Below, piece by piece: positions 26,301 to 34,351 of a stretch of DNA of 64,000 nucleotides. A program made the translations under genes and the position numbers. Position 1 is the first letter of the stretch; every line of letters starts with the position of its first letter. The stretch covers positions 264,793 to 328,792 of the forward strand of contig DASYGE010000002.1 of NCBI GenBank assembly GCA_036000105.1, in the 5' to 3' direction. The notes beneath the pieces are model-generated. The model did no database searches. It saw only the letters and a program-made list of their open reading frames with translations, and was not told the origin of the DNA. This DNA comes from Gammaproteobacteria bacterium. Lineage in GTDB: Bacteria; Pseudomonadota; Gammaproteobacteria; Natronospirales; REEB76.

Positions 26301-29192
26301 GATGCGGCGGGCAACGCGCTCAGCTATACGCTGGTGACACCGCCAGCCCATGGCACGGCGACCGTCACCTCCAGCACCGGCGCCTTCATCTATACGCCGG
26401 CCACGGGCTACACGGGCAGCGACAGTTTCACCTTCACGGCCACGGATTCCATATCGGGAGTGGTGTCCAGCGCCGCCACCATCTCCCTCACCCTCATCGC
26501 CTTGCCGCCGCCCGCGCCTGCACCCCCTGCGGTGAGCGCTACGAGCTTCTCGACCTACGAGAACGCGGTCATCAGCGGCAACTTGACGGCCAGCGATGCC
26601 GCCGGCAACGCCGTGACTTACGCCAGCCCGACCCTGCCCACCCACGGCACGCTGACGGCGCTGAACACCACTACCGGCGCTTTCACCTACACGCCGAGCG
26701 CGGGTTACATTGGCCCCGACGGGTTCACGTTCTCGGCCACCGACGGGGTAGCTTCGCCGCCCCTCACGTCCGCTACAGCGACGGTGCTGATCACGGTGAA
26801 CGCCCTGCCGCCCCCGGCGCCGGTGGCGGGTGCTCTGTCCGTCACCACCTACGAGAACATCACCGTCTCCGGCGTGCTGCCGGCGAGCGACGGCGGCGGC
26901 CACGCCATGACCTATGCCAAGGTCACAAGTCCCGCCGACGGCACCCTGACCCTGACGGCCGCCACGGGCGCTTTCAGCTATGTGCCGAACGCGAGCTTCA
27001 TCGGCAGCGACAGCATGACCTACACCGTGACCGACACCACCACCGGCATCGTGTCCGCGCCAGCCACCGTCACCTTCTCCGTGAGCCCGGAGCCGACCGT
27101 CTCCCCCGCGCCGCTGGCGAACAGCGCCGCCGTGATCCTCTACGAGAACACACCCTTAAGCTCGACCCTCTCGGGTGTCCCCACGGCCAATAGCGACATC
27201 CTGAGCTACGCGGTGGCGACCCCGCCCAGCCACGGTACGATCACGGCGCTGAACACGAGCACCGGCGCTTATACCTACACACCCACGCCCAGCTACGCCG
27301 GACCCGATATCTTCACTTTCACGGTCAAGGATATGACCACGGGCCGCACCTCGGCAGCAGCCAGGATCGTGATCACGGTGGCGAGCGTGCCGATACCGGC
27401 TACGCCACCCCAGGCGAGCAGCGCGAGCTTGACCCTCTACACGGGGCAAGTCCTGAGCGGCAAGCTGGTGGCGGTGGGCACGACGACCGACGCCCTGGGG
27501 TATTCGGTGGTGCAGCCCAGCCACGGCACGGTGAACCTCACCGATGCGACCACGGGTACTTTCACCTACACCCCCAACTCGGGCTACACCGGCAGCGACA
27601 GCTTCACCTTCACCGCCGTGGACACAGTGAACAGCGCAGCCTCCAACGTCGCCACCATCAACCTCACCATCAGCGCGCTGCCGTTGGCGGGCGTCCCGCC
27701 CTTGGCCAGCGGCGCCAACCTCTCGGTCTATTCCGGGCAGCCCTTGAGCGGCAAGCTCGCGGCCGTGGACGCGGTCGCCAACCCCTTAAGCTATGCAGCG
27801 ATGAGTCAGCCAGCCCACGGCAGCTTGGAGATCACCGCGGCCAGCGGCGCCTACACCTATACGCCCACCAGCGGTTACGCAGGCAAGGACAGCTTCACCT
27901 TCGCGGCGACAGACACTGTCACCCATCTCGTCTCCGGCGCCGCCAGCATGGACATCACTGTGGTCAGCCCGCCGCTGGCATCGGTGGCGCCGCTGGCCAA
28001 CGGGCTCTCCCTCACGGTCTATGCGGGCCAGCCTTTGACCAGCGTGCTCTCGGCGGTGGATGTGAACGGCAATCCCGTCAGCTACGCGATCACCACCCAG
28101 CCCAAGAATGGCAGCGTCGCGTTGACGGCGACCAGCGGTGAGTTCGTGTACACGCCCGCAGGCGGCTATACCGGCAGCGACAGCTTCGCCTATACCGCCA
28201 CGGATACCACGTCCAAGCTGGCCTCCAGCGCCGCCAATGTGGCGCTGACGGTGGTACCGGGGCCGCTGACGCCGGTGCATCATGGCGGTCCGGCTATCGG
28301 TAAAGGAGCTTATGGCCTCATGTATCTGTTGATCCTCGTGATGCTGCTTGGATGGCGACTGGCACGCTCCAGCCTTGCGCGGGCGCGCGGGCGGTGTCTC
28401 ACCCTGCTGGCAGCCGGCTGCGTCTTGTTGTCGTCTGCGGGTGCGCTCAGCGCGGCGGAGCCGGCAGCCGATGCCGGTGATACCCCGATCGTCAACACTC
28501 CGATCTTCGATGCCTGGTACGTAGGCGTGCAGGCGAGCCTCATCAAGCCCGACAGCAAGCGCGACTCGGCCGCGCGCGGGCTCAAGGGCTGGGGCATCCT
28601 GGTGGGCAAGGAATTCGGGGACTACAGCCTGGAGTTCAGCGCCGCCTATCACGCGGACACGCCACGGGACCTGCCGAGTCTCGCCAACTGGAAGACCTAC
28701 GGGGCAGACGGCCTCTGGTACTTCACCCACCGGCAATCGAACCTGTTCACGCCCTTCGCGTTCGCGGGCCTGGGGCTCGCGGACCAGTACCACGGCGACG
28801 ACAGCAAGGTGAGGAGCGCCTACGGGAACATCGGCATCGGATTCGACAGCACGCCCTGGCAGTCCATCCCGCTGAAGTTCAGGGTGGACGCGCAATTGCA
28901 GCACGTGTTCAGCGGCTACAACGATCTCGTCGTGAGTCTCGGCTTGGCGTTCACGTTCGGTGGCACGGTGCCGCCGCCGAATCCCATCGACATGCCTGTC
29001 GCCTCGCCCCTGCAGCAATATCCCATGGCCTGGTGCAAGGCCAACGGGGGGACGCCCTTCGAGACAGCGGACGGCTGGGTGTGCAACGACCTGCCGCCTT
29101 CTGCCACGCCGCCGCCCTGTGCGCCAGCCGCGGCCACTGCGGAGCAAGCGGTCTCAGCCGATAGACCCGCCGCGAGCTGCCCGCCCCGCTGA
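23361..29192 (+). CDS. giant surface protein: beta-helix / Gly-rich N-region, ten tandem ~100-aa Ig/cadherin-like repeats, then a TM-like segment and an OM beta-barrel domain
   Basis: Start chosen at MREPSL... just before the signal peptide LGCLAACLLFAAPVAHA. The motif (A)FTYTP..GY.G.DSFT(F)TA.D occurs ten times. The C-terminal ~280 aa resemble an 8-stranded OmpA/OMP_b-brl barrel ending LGLAFTFGG. Confidence 0.8.
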   Translation: MREPSLNCSVRLQPSNRLRALGCLAACLLFAAPVAHANVILVAASTVGPGGSGCSLVDAINAANNNAATGGCPAGDDKTNGGDVIVLAAGTYKIGSVDNDWYGPNGLPAITSTITLVGDPGGTVIMRSSNTGVQAFRIFYVGGGQLLTNYNPPTDFSALPGPGNLTLINLTIENGLAQGGAGGNSTQGGGGGGLGAGGAIYNQGTLTLQGVTLVGNQALGGAGGNSTTSNANPGGGGGMAGAGDGFGNGGGFNTNGPWPQNTTPTGDFGNGGSASQAGGVGGGGGSQAAGGFGGGGGAGGSGAAGGFGGGGGGPNFGGFGGGFFQGGGAGMGGAIFNEGGTLTLLNCTLTGNNAGGGAGSFAVIGNGEALGSAIFNLNGTVSISFSTLAFNTLAGTTGTTGDGGALYSLQLATPHSPAADAHSAASVTVGSSILYGSTLNTTDSSGNVTSAAATDCVNSSGGFAGSPNALGTTSVTCTVGGDVFPNPLLLLPLAHNGGPTQTMGLVLPLGPGAAAGAPALDQRGYLRITPDIGAYEISNTRKLPPAFGGLQATTLIAGSNASLAWFNLTGNDSTQPAMTLTAISSNTAVLPAANLKLSANCGGSLALDTCSLSLMPTATVTGSANVILSATNGYGQTGYGSFPVSVIPPSPVAKNGSATVASGQTLNGALTATDALTVTLTYAILTQPAHGTLKLTSANSSSYTYTPVAGFIGADSFTWKANDGSTDSNIATISITVTVPQPPPGAPTVSDMSFSVKLNTALKGTLQASGAPLSFAIATQPAHGTVSITGATTGAFTYTPSTGYSGADSFTYTAENTLIKATSNPATVSLTVSVNGTGTQTGTGSGSGSGSGSGANSAAPIASPMTLASYANTPLSNVLTASDAAGDALSFSVTQPGHGAVTLSNATTGAFTYTPAAGYTGSDSFTFTATDTVTKLNSGATTVSITLAGLPVSSTAAPITGNAAFTSYVNVAVSGSLSASDAAGNALSYTLVTPPAHGTATVTSSTGAFIYTPATGYTGSDSFTFTATDSISGVVSSAATISLTLIALPPPAPAPPAVSATSFSTYENAVISGNLTASDAAGNAVTYASPTLPTHGTLTALNTTTGAFTYTPSAGYIGPDGFTFSATDGVASPPLTSATATVLITVNALPPPAPVAGALSVTTYENITVSGVLPASDGGGHAMTYAKVTSPADGTLTLTAATGAFSYVPNASFIGSDSMTYTVTDTTTGIVSAPATVTFSVSPEPTVSPAPLANSAAVILYENTPLSSTLSGVPTANSDILSYAVATPPSHGTITALNTSTGAYTYTPTPSYAGPDIFTFTVKDMTTGRTSAAARIVITVASVPIPATPPQASSASLTLYTGQVLSGKLVAVGTTTDALGYSVVQPSHGTVNLTDATTGTFTYTPNSGYTGSDSFTFTAVDTVNSAASNVATINLTISALPLAGVPPLASGANLSVYSGQPLSGKLAAVDAVANPLSYAAMSQPAHGSLEITAASGAYTYTPTSGYAGKDSFTFAATDTVTHLVSGAASMDITVVSPPLASVAPLANGLSLTVYAGQPLTSVLSAVDVNGNPVSYAITTQPKNGSVALTATSGEFVYTPAGGYTGSDSFAYTATDTTSKLASSAANVALTVVPGPLTPVHHGGPAIGKGAYGLMYLLILVMLLGWRLARSSLARARGRCLTLLAAGCVLLSSAGALSAAEPAADAGDTPIVNTPIFDAWYVGVQASLIKPDSKRDSAARGLKGWGILVGKEFGDYSLEFSAAYHADTPRDLPSLANWKTYGADGLWYFTHRQSNLFTPFAFAGLGLADQYHGDDSKVRSAYGNIGIGFDSTPWQSIPLKFRVDAQLQHVFSGYNDLVVSLGLAFTFGGTVPPPNPIDMPVASPLQQYPMAWCKANGGTPFETADGWVCNDLPPSATPPPCAPAAATAEQAVSADRPAASCPPR
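25297..28262 (+). repeat. in-frame tandem coding repeats (10 units of ~290-300 nt) inside the adhesin gene
   Basis: Each unit carries ..A.DA.G..L.Y......P.HGT......TGAFTYTP..GYTGSDSFTFTATD... The repeats are diverged at the DNA level. Confidence 0.85.
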
Positions 29193-29316
29193 CACGCCAT
29201 CGCGCTGACAGATACGCCGCATGGAAGCGGCCTGCCGATTCCATGACGCAAGTCTCCTTCCGGTCCCTCGTGCTGCACTAACCTATACTTCAAGACCCTC
29301 GCCCGAAGGAACGGAA

Positions 29317-30420
29317 ATGCGCACACACCTCATACGTCACCCGCTGGGGTGGATGGTCCTCTGCCTGCTGACGCTTTTCACGATGAGCGCGTGCAGTCTG
29401 CTGGATGCGGCCGGCCTCACGGACTCAGGTTCCCAACCGGTGGCGGCGGGCGCCCAGCCGGCTGTGGCGAACCCACTGGCCTGCAAGCTGCTGAAGGCCT
29501 CTGCCTATGCTTATCAGGTGAACAGCACAGGACCCATCAGCCCCGATACCACGCTCGCGGGGCTCCTGGGGGAGACGGGCGAGGCTTATGGGGTGGCGAG
29601 CGGTAGCGCGGGCCAGACCGACAGCGACCGGGATGCGGCTTACCTCTGGCTCTCGGGCAACGAAGTGATCATCGCTTTCCGCGGTACCGTGCCCTACACC
29701 AAGGGTGACGATGCTGCCGCCCAGCAGCGGGTGCTGCAGGATTGGCTGAACGATGCGGATTTCGCACCTCAGACGGACCCGGAGCTGGGCCAGGTGCACA
29801 AGGGTTTCCGGGATGCGTTCTATAACCTCTGGCCTGGCATCGCGAAGCAGATAAACGCATGGCAGGCGGCAGGTAAGCTGGGCCCCCAGGTGAACGTGTA
29901 TGTCACAGGCCACAGCAAGGGTGGGGCGCTCGCCATGCTGGCGGCGCTGAAACTGAAGGCGGACAGACTCCTGCCGGTGACGGAAGTGGATACCTTCGGT
30001 GCTCCCCGGGTGGGCGGCGCCGATTTCGCGACGCGCTACGCGGCCCAGGGCATCAACGGTTACCGTTACGAGAACCAGGATGACGTGGTGCCCCATGTAC
30101 CGCTGGACCAGATGGAGCTCACGATACTGCCCTTGCTGGAGCGGGTGATCACGCTCTCGGGCAACCAGCCGGGGGATTACGTGTCGGTGGGCAAGCTGCA
30201 TTACATCGATTCCGACGGCGGCATCGTCTCGCCGGCGGATGCTACCGCGGAAGCGGATCTCGATACCCAGCGGCTGACGGAATTCGGCGGGGTGCTCTTG
30301 AGCACTTCTTCCCAGGACGTGATGGACACCGTGATCGGTGCCCATGAACTGGGGGATCTCAGCGCCTCGGATAAATCCCGCTATTTCCAGGCGGTGTGCC
30401 GGGTACCGGCGGGGCATTGA
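29317..30420 (+). CDS. class-3 lipase family lipoprotein
   Basis: Internal ATG after GAAGGA. The lipobox-like LFTMSAC suggests a lipoprotein. GHSKGGALA nucleophile elbow (GXSXG). Confidence 0.8.
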   Translation: MRTHLIRHPLGWMVLCLLTLFTMSACSLLDAAGLTDSGSQPVAAGAQPAVANPLACKLLKASAYAYQVNSTGPISPDTTLAGLLGETGEAYGVASGSAGQTDSDRDAAYLWLSGNEVIIAFRGTVPYTKGDDAAAQQRVLQDWLNDADFAPQTDPELGQVHKGFRDAFYNLWPGIAKQINAWQAAGKLGPQVNVYVTGHSKGGALAMLAALKLKADRLLPVTEVDTFGAPRVGGADFATRYAAQGINGYRYENQDDVVPHVPLDQMELTILPLLERVITLSGNQPGDYVSVGKLHYIDSDGGIVSPADATAEADLDTQRLTEFGGVLLSTSSQDVMDTVIGAHELGDLSASDKSRYFQAVCRVPAGH

Positions 30421-30426
30421 GACGCT

Positions 30427-31086
30427 TCAGAGGCTGAGCTTCTCCACCCGGTCGTCCCGGGCGATGAGCAGCACGTCAGCGGGGCGCAGGGCGAAGATGC
30501 CGGTGCAGACCACCCCGGCGATGTCGTTGATCTGGGATTCCAGCTTGGGCGGGTCGAGGATACGCAGGCCGTGCACGTCCAGGATCGCGTTGCCGTTGTC
30601 GGTGACGAAGCCCTGGCGCCATTCCGGCTGACCACCGAGCTTCACCAGCTGCCGGGCCACGTAACTCCTGGCCATGGGGATGACCTCCACCGGCAGAGGG
30701 AAAGTACCCAGCACGTCTTTCAGCTTGGAGTCATCGGCGATGCAGATGAAGCGGCGGCTGGCGGCCGCCACGATCTTCTCCCGGGTGAGCGCCCCGCCGC
30801 CGCCCTTGATGAGCTGCAGGTGCCGGTTGGCCTCGTCGGCCCCGTCCACATACACCGCGATGTCCCCGGCGCTGTTGAGATCCAGGACCGGGATGCCGAG
30901 TGCCTTGAGGCGCTTGGCGCTCGCTTCGGAACTGGAGACGGCGCCTTCCAGCCGACCTTTGATGGCGGCGAGGGCGTCTATGAAATGGTTGACGGTGGAA
31001 CCGGTGCCGACGCCGACGATGGTGGCGTCATCCAAGTAGGCCAGGGCGGCTTCCGCCGCCCGTTTCTTCTTGTCTTCTGCGCTCAT
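30427..31086 (-). CDS. rpiA: ribose-5-phosphate isomerase A
   Basis: 219 aa. VGVGTGSTV..., DGADE..., [11 protein letters not shown] motifs. Confidence 0.95.
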   Translation of the reverse strand: MSAEDKKKRAAEAALAYLDDATIVGVGTGSTVNHFIDALAAIKGRLEGAVSSSEASAKRLKALGIPVLDLNSAGDIAVYVDGADEANRHLQLIKGGGGALTREKIVAAASRRFICIADDSKLKDVLGTFPLPVEVIPMARSYVARQLVKLGGQPEWRQGFVTDNGNAILDVHGLRILDPPKLESQINDIAGVVCTGIFALRPADVLLIARDDRVEKLSL

Positions 31087-31123
31087 GTCTAACCCCTTAG
31101 ATCCCTATTCTTCTTAGGGTAAC

Positions 31124-31252
31124 CCTAAAACCGAGGGATTTTGTCTGCCAGCAAGGCGCGGACGGCCGAGCAGGTGGAGCGTACATCCGAAGTACGTGAG
31201 CACTGCGAGGTTGTCCGCAACGCCGCTGGAGGACAAAAGGACCGGTTTTAGG
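31124..31252. repeat. ERIC-like imperfect-palindrome repeat, copy 2
   Basis: TIRs CCTAAAACCGAGGGATTTTGTC / GACAAAAGGACCGGTTTTAGG. Core GGAGCGTACATCCGAAGTACGTGAG. Confidence 0.7.
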
Positions 31253-31253
31253 A

Positions 31254-31284
31254 CAAAAAAATGGGCCCGCCGAGGCGGGCCCAT
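31254..31284 (-). terminator. intrinsic terminator after the 57-aa Lys-rich ORF
   Basis: On the minus strand: ATGGGCCCGC-CTCG-GCGGGCCCAT followed by TTTTTTT. Confidence 0.85.
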
Positions 31285-31309
31285 TCTCACGTAACGACCT
31301 TGCGGTCAA

Positions 31310-31483
31310 TTACATAGGCATCATTGCTGCCTTTCTACGGCGCTTCTTACCGCCTGCCTTCTTTTTCTTTTTCTTGCGGCCACCGGCCTTCTTTTTCTTC
31401 TTGCGACGGACGGCCTTCTTCGTGGCGGCCTTCTTCTTGCGTTTAGCAGCAACCTTCGTTTTCATCTTTGCTTTCTTAGCCAT
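31310..31483 (-). CDS. poly-lysine small protein, 57 aa (MAKKAKMKTKVAAKRKKKAATKKAVRRKKKKKAGGRKKKKKKAGGKKRRRKAAMMPM)
   Basis: Below the ORF-track cutoff. GGGAGGA is 7 nt upstream of the ATG and a strong terminator lies downstream. Shares MAKK... and KKKKKAGG(K/R)KKKK with the 20-aa ORF. Confidence 0.65.
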   Translation of the reverse strand: MAKKAKMKTKVAAKRKKKAATKKAVRRKKKKKAGGRKKKKKKAGGKKRRRKAAMMPM

Positions 31484-31646
31484 GATTACGATCCTCCCGG
31501 GTTTAGATCAAACACGTCCCTGAGTATATACAAGAAAATACAAATTTCCAGTTTTGCAAGGTATTTCGCCCATGCGCATCTCGCGCATGTGATGCGTCAC
31601 GCACGCCGTATGCGCTCCCGATGATGCCGAGCGAGGTGCGAAACGC

Positions 31647-32114
31647 TCACTTCGAGTGCGCCAGTTTGAGGATGCATCTCCACTCCGCCGGCGTCACCGA
31701 TGTGATGGACAGACGGTTGCCGCGACGCAGTGTCTGCAGATCCTTGAGCGGTGCAGAACTGCGTAATTCCTGCAGTAATACCGGGGTTTCGAAGCGTTCG
31801 GCCAGGGTGACGTCCACCGCATACCAGGTGGGATCCTCGCGCTTGCTCTTGGGGTCGAAGTACTCGTCGCGCGGGTCGAATTGGGTGGTGTCCGGATGCG
31901 CGGCGCGCGTCACCTTCATCACGCCCACCACACCCGGTTCGGGACAACTTGAGTGGTAGAAGAACGCCAGGTCATCCTTCTTTATCTCGTCCCGCAAGAG
32001 GTTCCGCACTTGGTAATTGCGCACTCCGGCCCAGCTGACGGTGTGCTTGGGTGCCTTGGCCAGGTGTGCGATACCGAACACATCGGGTTCGGATTTCATC
32101 AACCAATAGCGCAT
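31647..32114 (-). CDS. EVE (PUA-like) domain protein
   Basis: MRYWLMKSEPDVF...WAGVRNYQVRNLLRDEIKKDDLAFFYHSS is the canonical EVE/DUF55 N-terminus. Confidence 0.85.
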   Translation of the reverse strand: MRYWLMKSEPDVFGIAHLAKAPKHTVSWAGVRNYQVRNLLRDEIKKDDLAFFYHSSCPEPGVVGVMKVTRAAHPDTTQFDPRDEYFDPKSKREDPTWYAVDVTLAERFETPVLLQELRSSAPLKDLQTLRRGNRLSITSVTPAEWRCILKLAHSK

Positions 32115-32138
32115 TGCGTACGTCCTCGGGAGTGCATT

Positions 32139-32732
32139 TCAGGGCGCAGGAAAGGCATGAAACTGTTGCTCTGTGACAACACCTGCCAGGGGTACATCCC
32201 ACTCTGCGGCGTCCAGCGCATCCAGCCTTTGGCATTCATACGCGTAGCCGATGAGAACCGGATGGGGTGCGCGCGCGTCCTTGAGGAGGAAGGCGAAGCT
32301 GCGGTCATAGAAACCGCCGCCCATGCCTAAGCGCTGTCCGCGCGCATCGAAGGCGACGAGCGGTGCCAGCACGAGATCCAGCTCCACGGGCGCGAGCGGC
32401 GCGTCCGCAGTGGGTGCGGGTTCGGGGATGCGATAGCGATTGGGGCGCAGCACGGTATCGGCGGCGTAAGGCAGGAACACGAGGGGGAGGTTGTTGCTGG
32501 CTGGCAGCACCGGCAGATATACCTCTTTACCCGCGGCACGAGCACGGATCCCCAGGGGTTCGGGATCCAGTTCCCCGTCCACGGCCACGTATACGGCGAT
32601 GCGCCGGGCATCACGGTAATGGGGGAGTGCAGTGAGGATGGCGGCGGCGGCTTCTGCGGCAGCGCGGCGCTCAGGCGCCGGCAGGCCAGCACGCAGCCCA
32701 CGCAGGTGGCGACGCAGTTCGTCACGCTTCAT
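32139..32732 (-). CDS. ygfA: 5-formyltetrahydrofolate cyclo-ligase
   Basis: 197 aa, 5-FCL-like. Sits in the conserved zapA-ssrS-ygfA arrangement. Confidence 0.8.
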   Translation of the reverse strand: MKRDELRRHLRGLRAGLPAPERRAAAEAAAAILTALPHYRDARRIAVYVAVDGELDPEPLGIRARAAGKEVYLPVLPASNNLPLVFLPYAADTVLRPNRYRIPEPAPTADAPLAPVELDLVLAPLVAFDARGQRLGMGGGFYDRSFAFLLKDARAPHPVLIGYAYECQRLDALDAAEWDVPLAGVVTEQQFHAFPAP

Positions 32733-32756
32733 GGCAGACCAGTGGGGGGAATAAGT

Positions 32757-32945
32757 GGCACCTTCCGCCTGTGCCGGTATAAGCCATTGCCCTTGAACCG
32801 AAGGTTCAGGTGGGACCAGCAGCGGTGCTTTAGGCTTTCCACTGCGAGGTGGACTTGCACACCGTCACCGACAAACCGTGTCCCGGGGTTTTGAATTAGG
32901 CTCAAGGGGTAACCCAGCCTATTTTCGAACACCGCAGAAGGTACC
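32757..32945 (-). ncRNA. ssrS: 6S RNA
   Basis: Lies between zapA and the 5-FCL gene, as in E. coli. The minus strand reads GGTACCTTCTGCGGTG...CCCCTTGAGCCTAATTCAAAACC...GGAAAGCCTAAAGCAC...CCACCTGAACCTTCGGTTCAAGGGCAATGGC...CGGCACAGGCGGAAGGTGCC. The ends pair with each other, and the GAACC..GGTTCAAGGG hairpin and the GAGCC/AAGCC boxes match E. coli 6S by eye. Confidence 0.85.
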
Positions 32946-32993
32946 GAGGATAACCATGCGCCTTGCCATTAAGGCTGGCAAGTCTTGATTATT

Positions 32994-33296
32994 TCAGTGG
33001 GTGGCCCCAAGGGCCCCGGCCAACGCATCGTTTAAGACACGTATCCGACCCAGCAACCGTTCGTCGGCGTGACCTGCGCTGGTGCGGTCCTGCAGCATCT
33101 CATGGGAGAGGTTGAGGGCGGCCATCACCGCGATGCGATCCATGCCCACGAGCTTGCCGGTGTCGCGGATCTCGCGCATGCGCTTGTTGAGGAGTTCGGC
33201 GGATTCCAGCAGGGCCTCGCGCTCGTCGGCGGGGCAGGCCACCTGGTATTCCTTGTCGAGCAGACGCACCGTGACGCGGTTCGGTTCTTCGCTCAT
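32994..33296 (-). CDS. zapA: cell division protein ZapA
   Basis: 100 aa. VTVRLLDKEYQVACPADEREALLESAELLNKRMREIRD is the ZapA pattern. Confidence 0.9.
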   Translation of the reverse strand: MSEEPNRVTVRLLDKEYQVACPADEREALLESAELLNKRMREIRDTGKLVGMDRIAVMAALNLSHEMLQDRTSAGHADERLLGRIRVLNDALAGALGATH

Positions 33297-33526
33297 GCGC
33301 TCTCCTCCAGTGATTTCAGGCGGGAGATCATGGCTTCCACGCGTCCGCGCACCTCGTCGTTCTTGGCGAGGAGGGAGGCACGGTCGGCGGTAAGGGATTC
33401 GAGCCGCTCCCGCAGGGAGTGGTTCTCGCCACCCAGCTTGCCGCAGGTGGCGACCAGTTCGGCCACACGGGTCTCAAGCCGTTTCAATTCCTGGTCGAGT
33501 AAGGCGCGGGCTTTTTCACTGCTCAT
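33293..33526 (-). CDS. coiled-coil protein upstream of zapA (ZapB-like / TIGR02449-type)
   Basis: 77 aa, heptad-rich. 4-nt overlap with zapA. Confidence 0.65.
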   Translation of the reverse strand: MSSEKARALLDQELKRLETRVAELVATCGKLGGENHSLRERLESLTADRASLLAKNDEVRGRVEAMISRLKSLEESA

Positions 33527-33790
33527 GGGACGCGAGCATATTCCGTAAGGTCTGAAAAATCCATCCTGGGATTTTTCAGACCACGGCGAGTCCGGTACGG
33601 GCCCTGACCCGCCTCCGACGAATCAAGCACTTGCGTGCTCGATTCGCGAGCGGTGCGTCCCTGCACCGCGGAAGCTCTGTTAAGACAGAGCTTCCGGGCC
33701 GCATCGCATGCGGGTCAACGCATGGGCTGCCATTGGGAGCCGGCGGGTGGGGGTGTAGGATATGTACAGTCTTCACCCGCACTCATCCCC

Positions 33791-34351
33791 ATGTCCTCCA
33801 CCCCATTCATCGACCTCAGGGAAGCCCTCGCCCGCGCCGGTACGGAGTGCAGCGCTGCGGAATGCCACGGCACGGTGTGCGGCGCACTCTGCGCCGGGGC
33901 CGATGGCACCGATGGCTGGCTCACGCACCTCCTGGACCAGGCCGCCGGCTCGGCCGAAGCGCAGCAAGCCTGCCGCCGCGAACTCCTGAAGCTGCGGGAC
34001 ACGAGCCGCACCCTCTTACAGGCGGGTACGCTGGAATTCACCCCGCTGCTGCCGGACGATGATATCGGTCTCGCGGAACGCACCGCTGCCCTGGGCGAGT
34101 GGTGCCAGGGTTTCCTCTACGGTCTCGGCCTGGCCGGAGACCGGCTGCAGGTGGATGCGCTGCCGGACGAGGCGGGCGAGGTGCTGCGCGACATGGGACA
34201 GATCGCCCAGGCGGGTTTCGAGGGCGACGCGGACGACGACGAGGACGAAGCGGCCTACACCGAGATCGTGGAATACGTGCGGGTCGGCGTGCAGCTCCTG
34301 TACGAGGAGCTACAGCCTGTCTCCGTGCCGCCTTCCAGCACGGTGCATTGA
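33791..34351 (+). CDS. ygfB: UPF0149 family protein YgfB
   Basis: Internal ATG. ...ECHGTVCGALCAG...LGEWCQGFLYGLGL... is the YgfB pattern. Conserved ygfB-pepP-ubiH order. Confidence 0.8.
   Translation: MSSTPFIDLREALARAGTECSAAECHGTVCGALCAGADGTDGWLTHLLDQAAGSAEAQQACRRELLKLRDTSRTLLQAGTLEFTPLLPDDDIGLAERTAALGEWCQGFLYGLGLAGDRLQVDALPDEAGEVLRDMGQIAQAGFEGDADDDEDEAAYTEIVEYVRVGVQLLYEELQPVSVPPSSTVH

Noticed and set aside
24725-27193. 822-aa alternative-frame ORF, with antisense ORFs 25677..26903 and 27786..29147, inside the adhesin gene
   Set aside because: The translations are Arg/Gly/His/Pro low complexity with no motifs. They exist because the GC-rich tandem coding repeats lack stops in other frames. 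The + frame starting at 23361 has the signal peptide and coherent domains.
25297-28262. Possible CRISPR or non-coding tandem array
   Set aside because: The units are ~290-300 nt, diverged, contiguous without spacers, and maintain one long reading frame with a conserved protein motif. They are coding domain repeats, not CRISPR.
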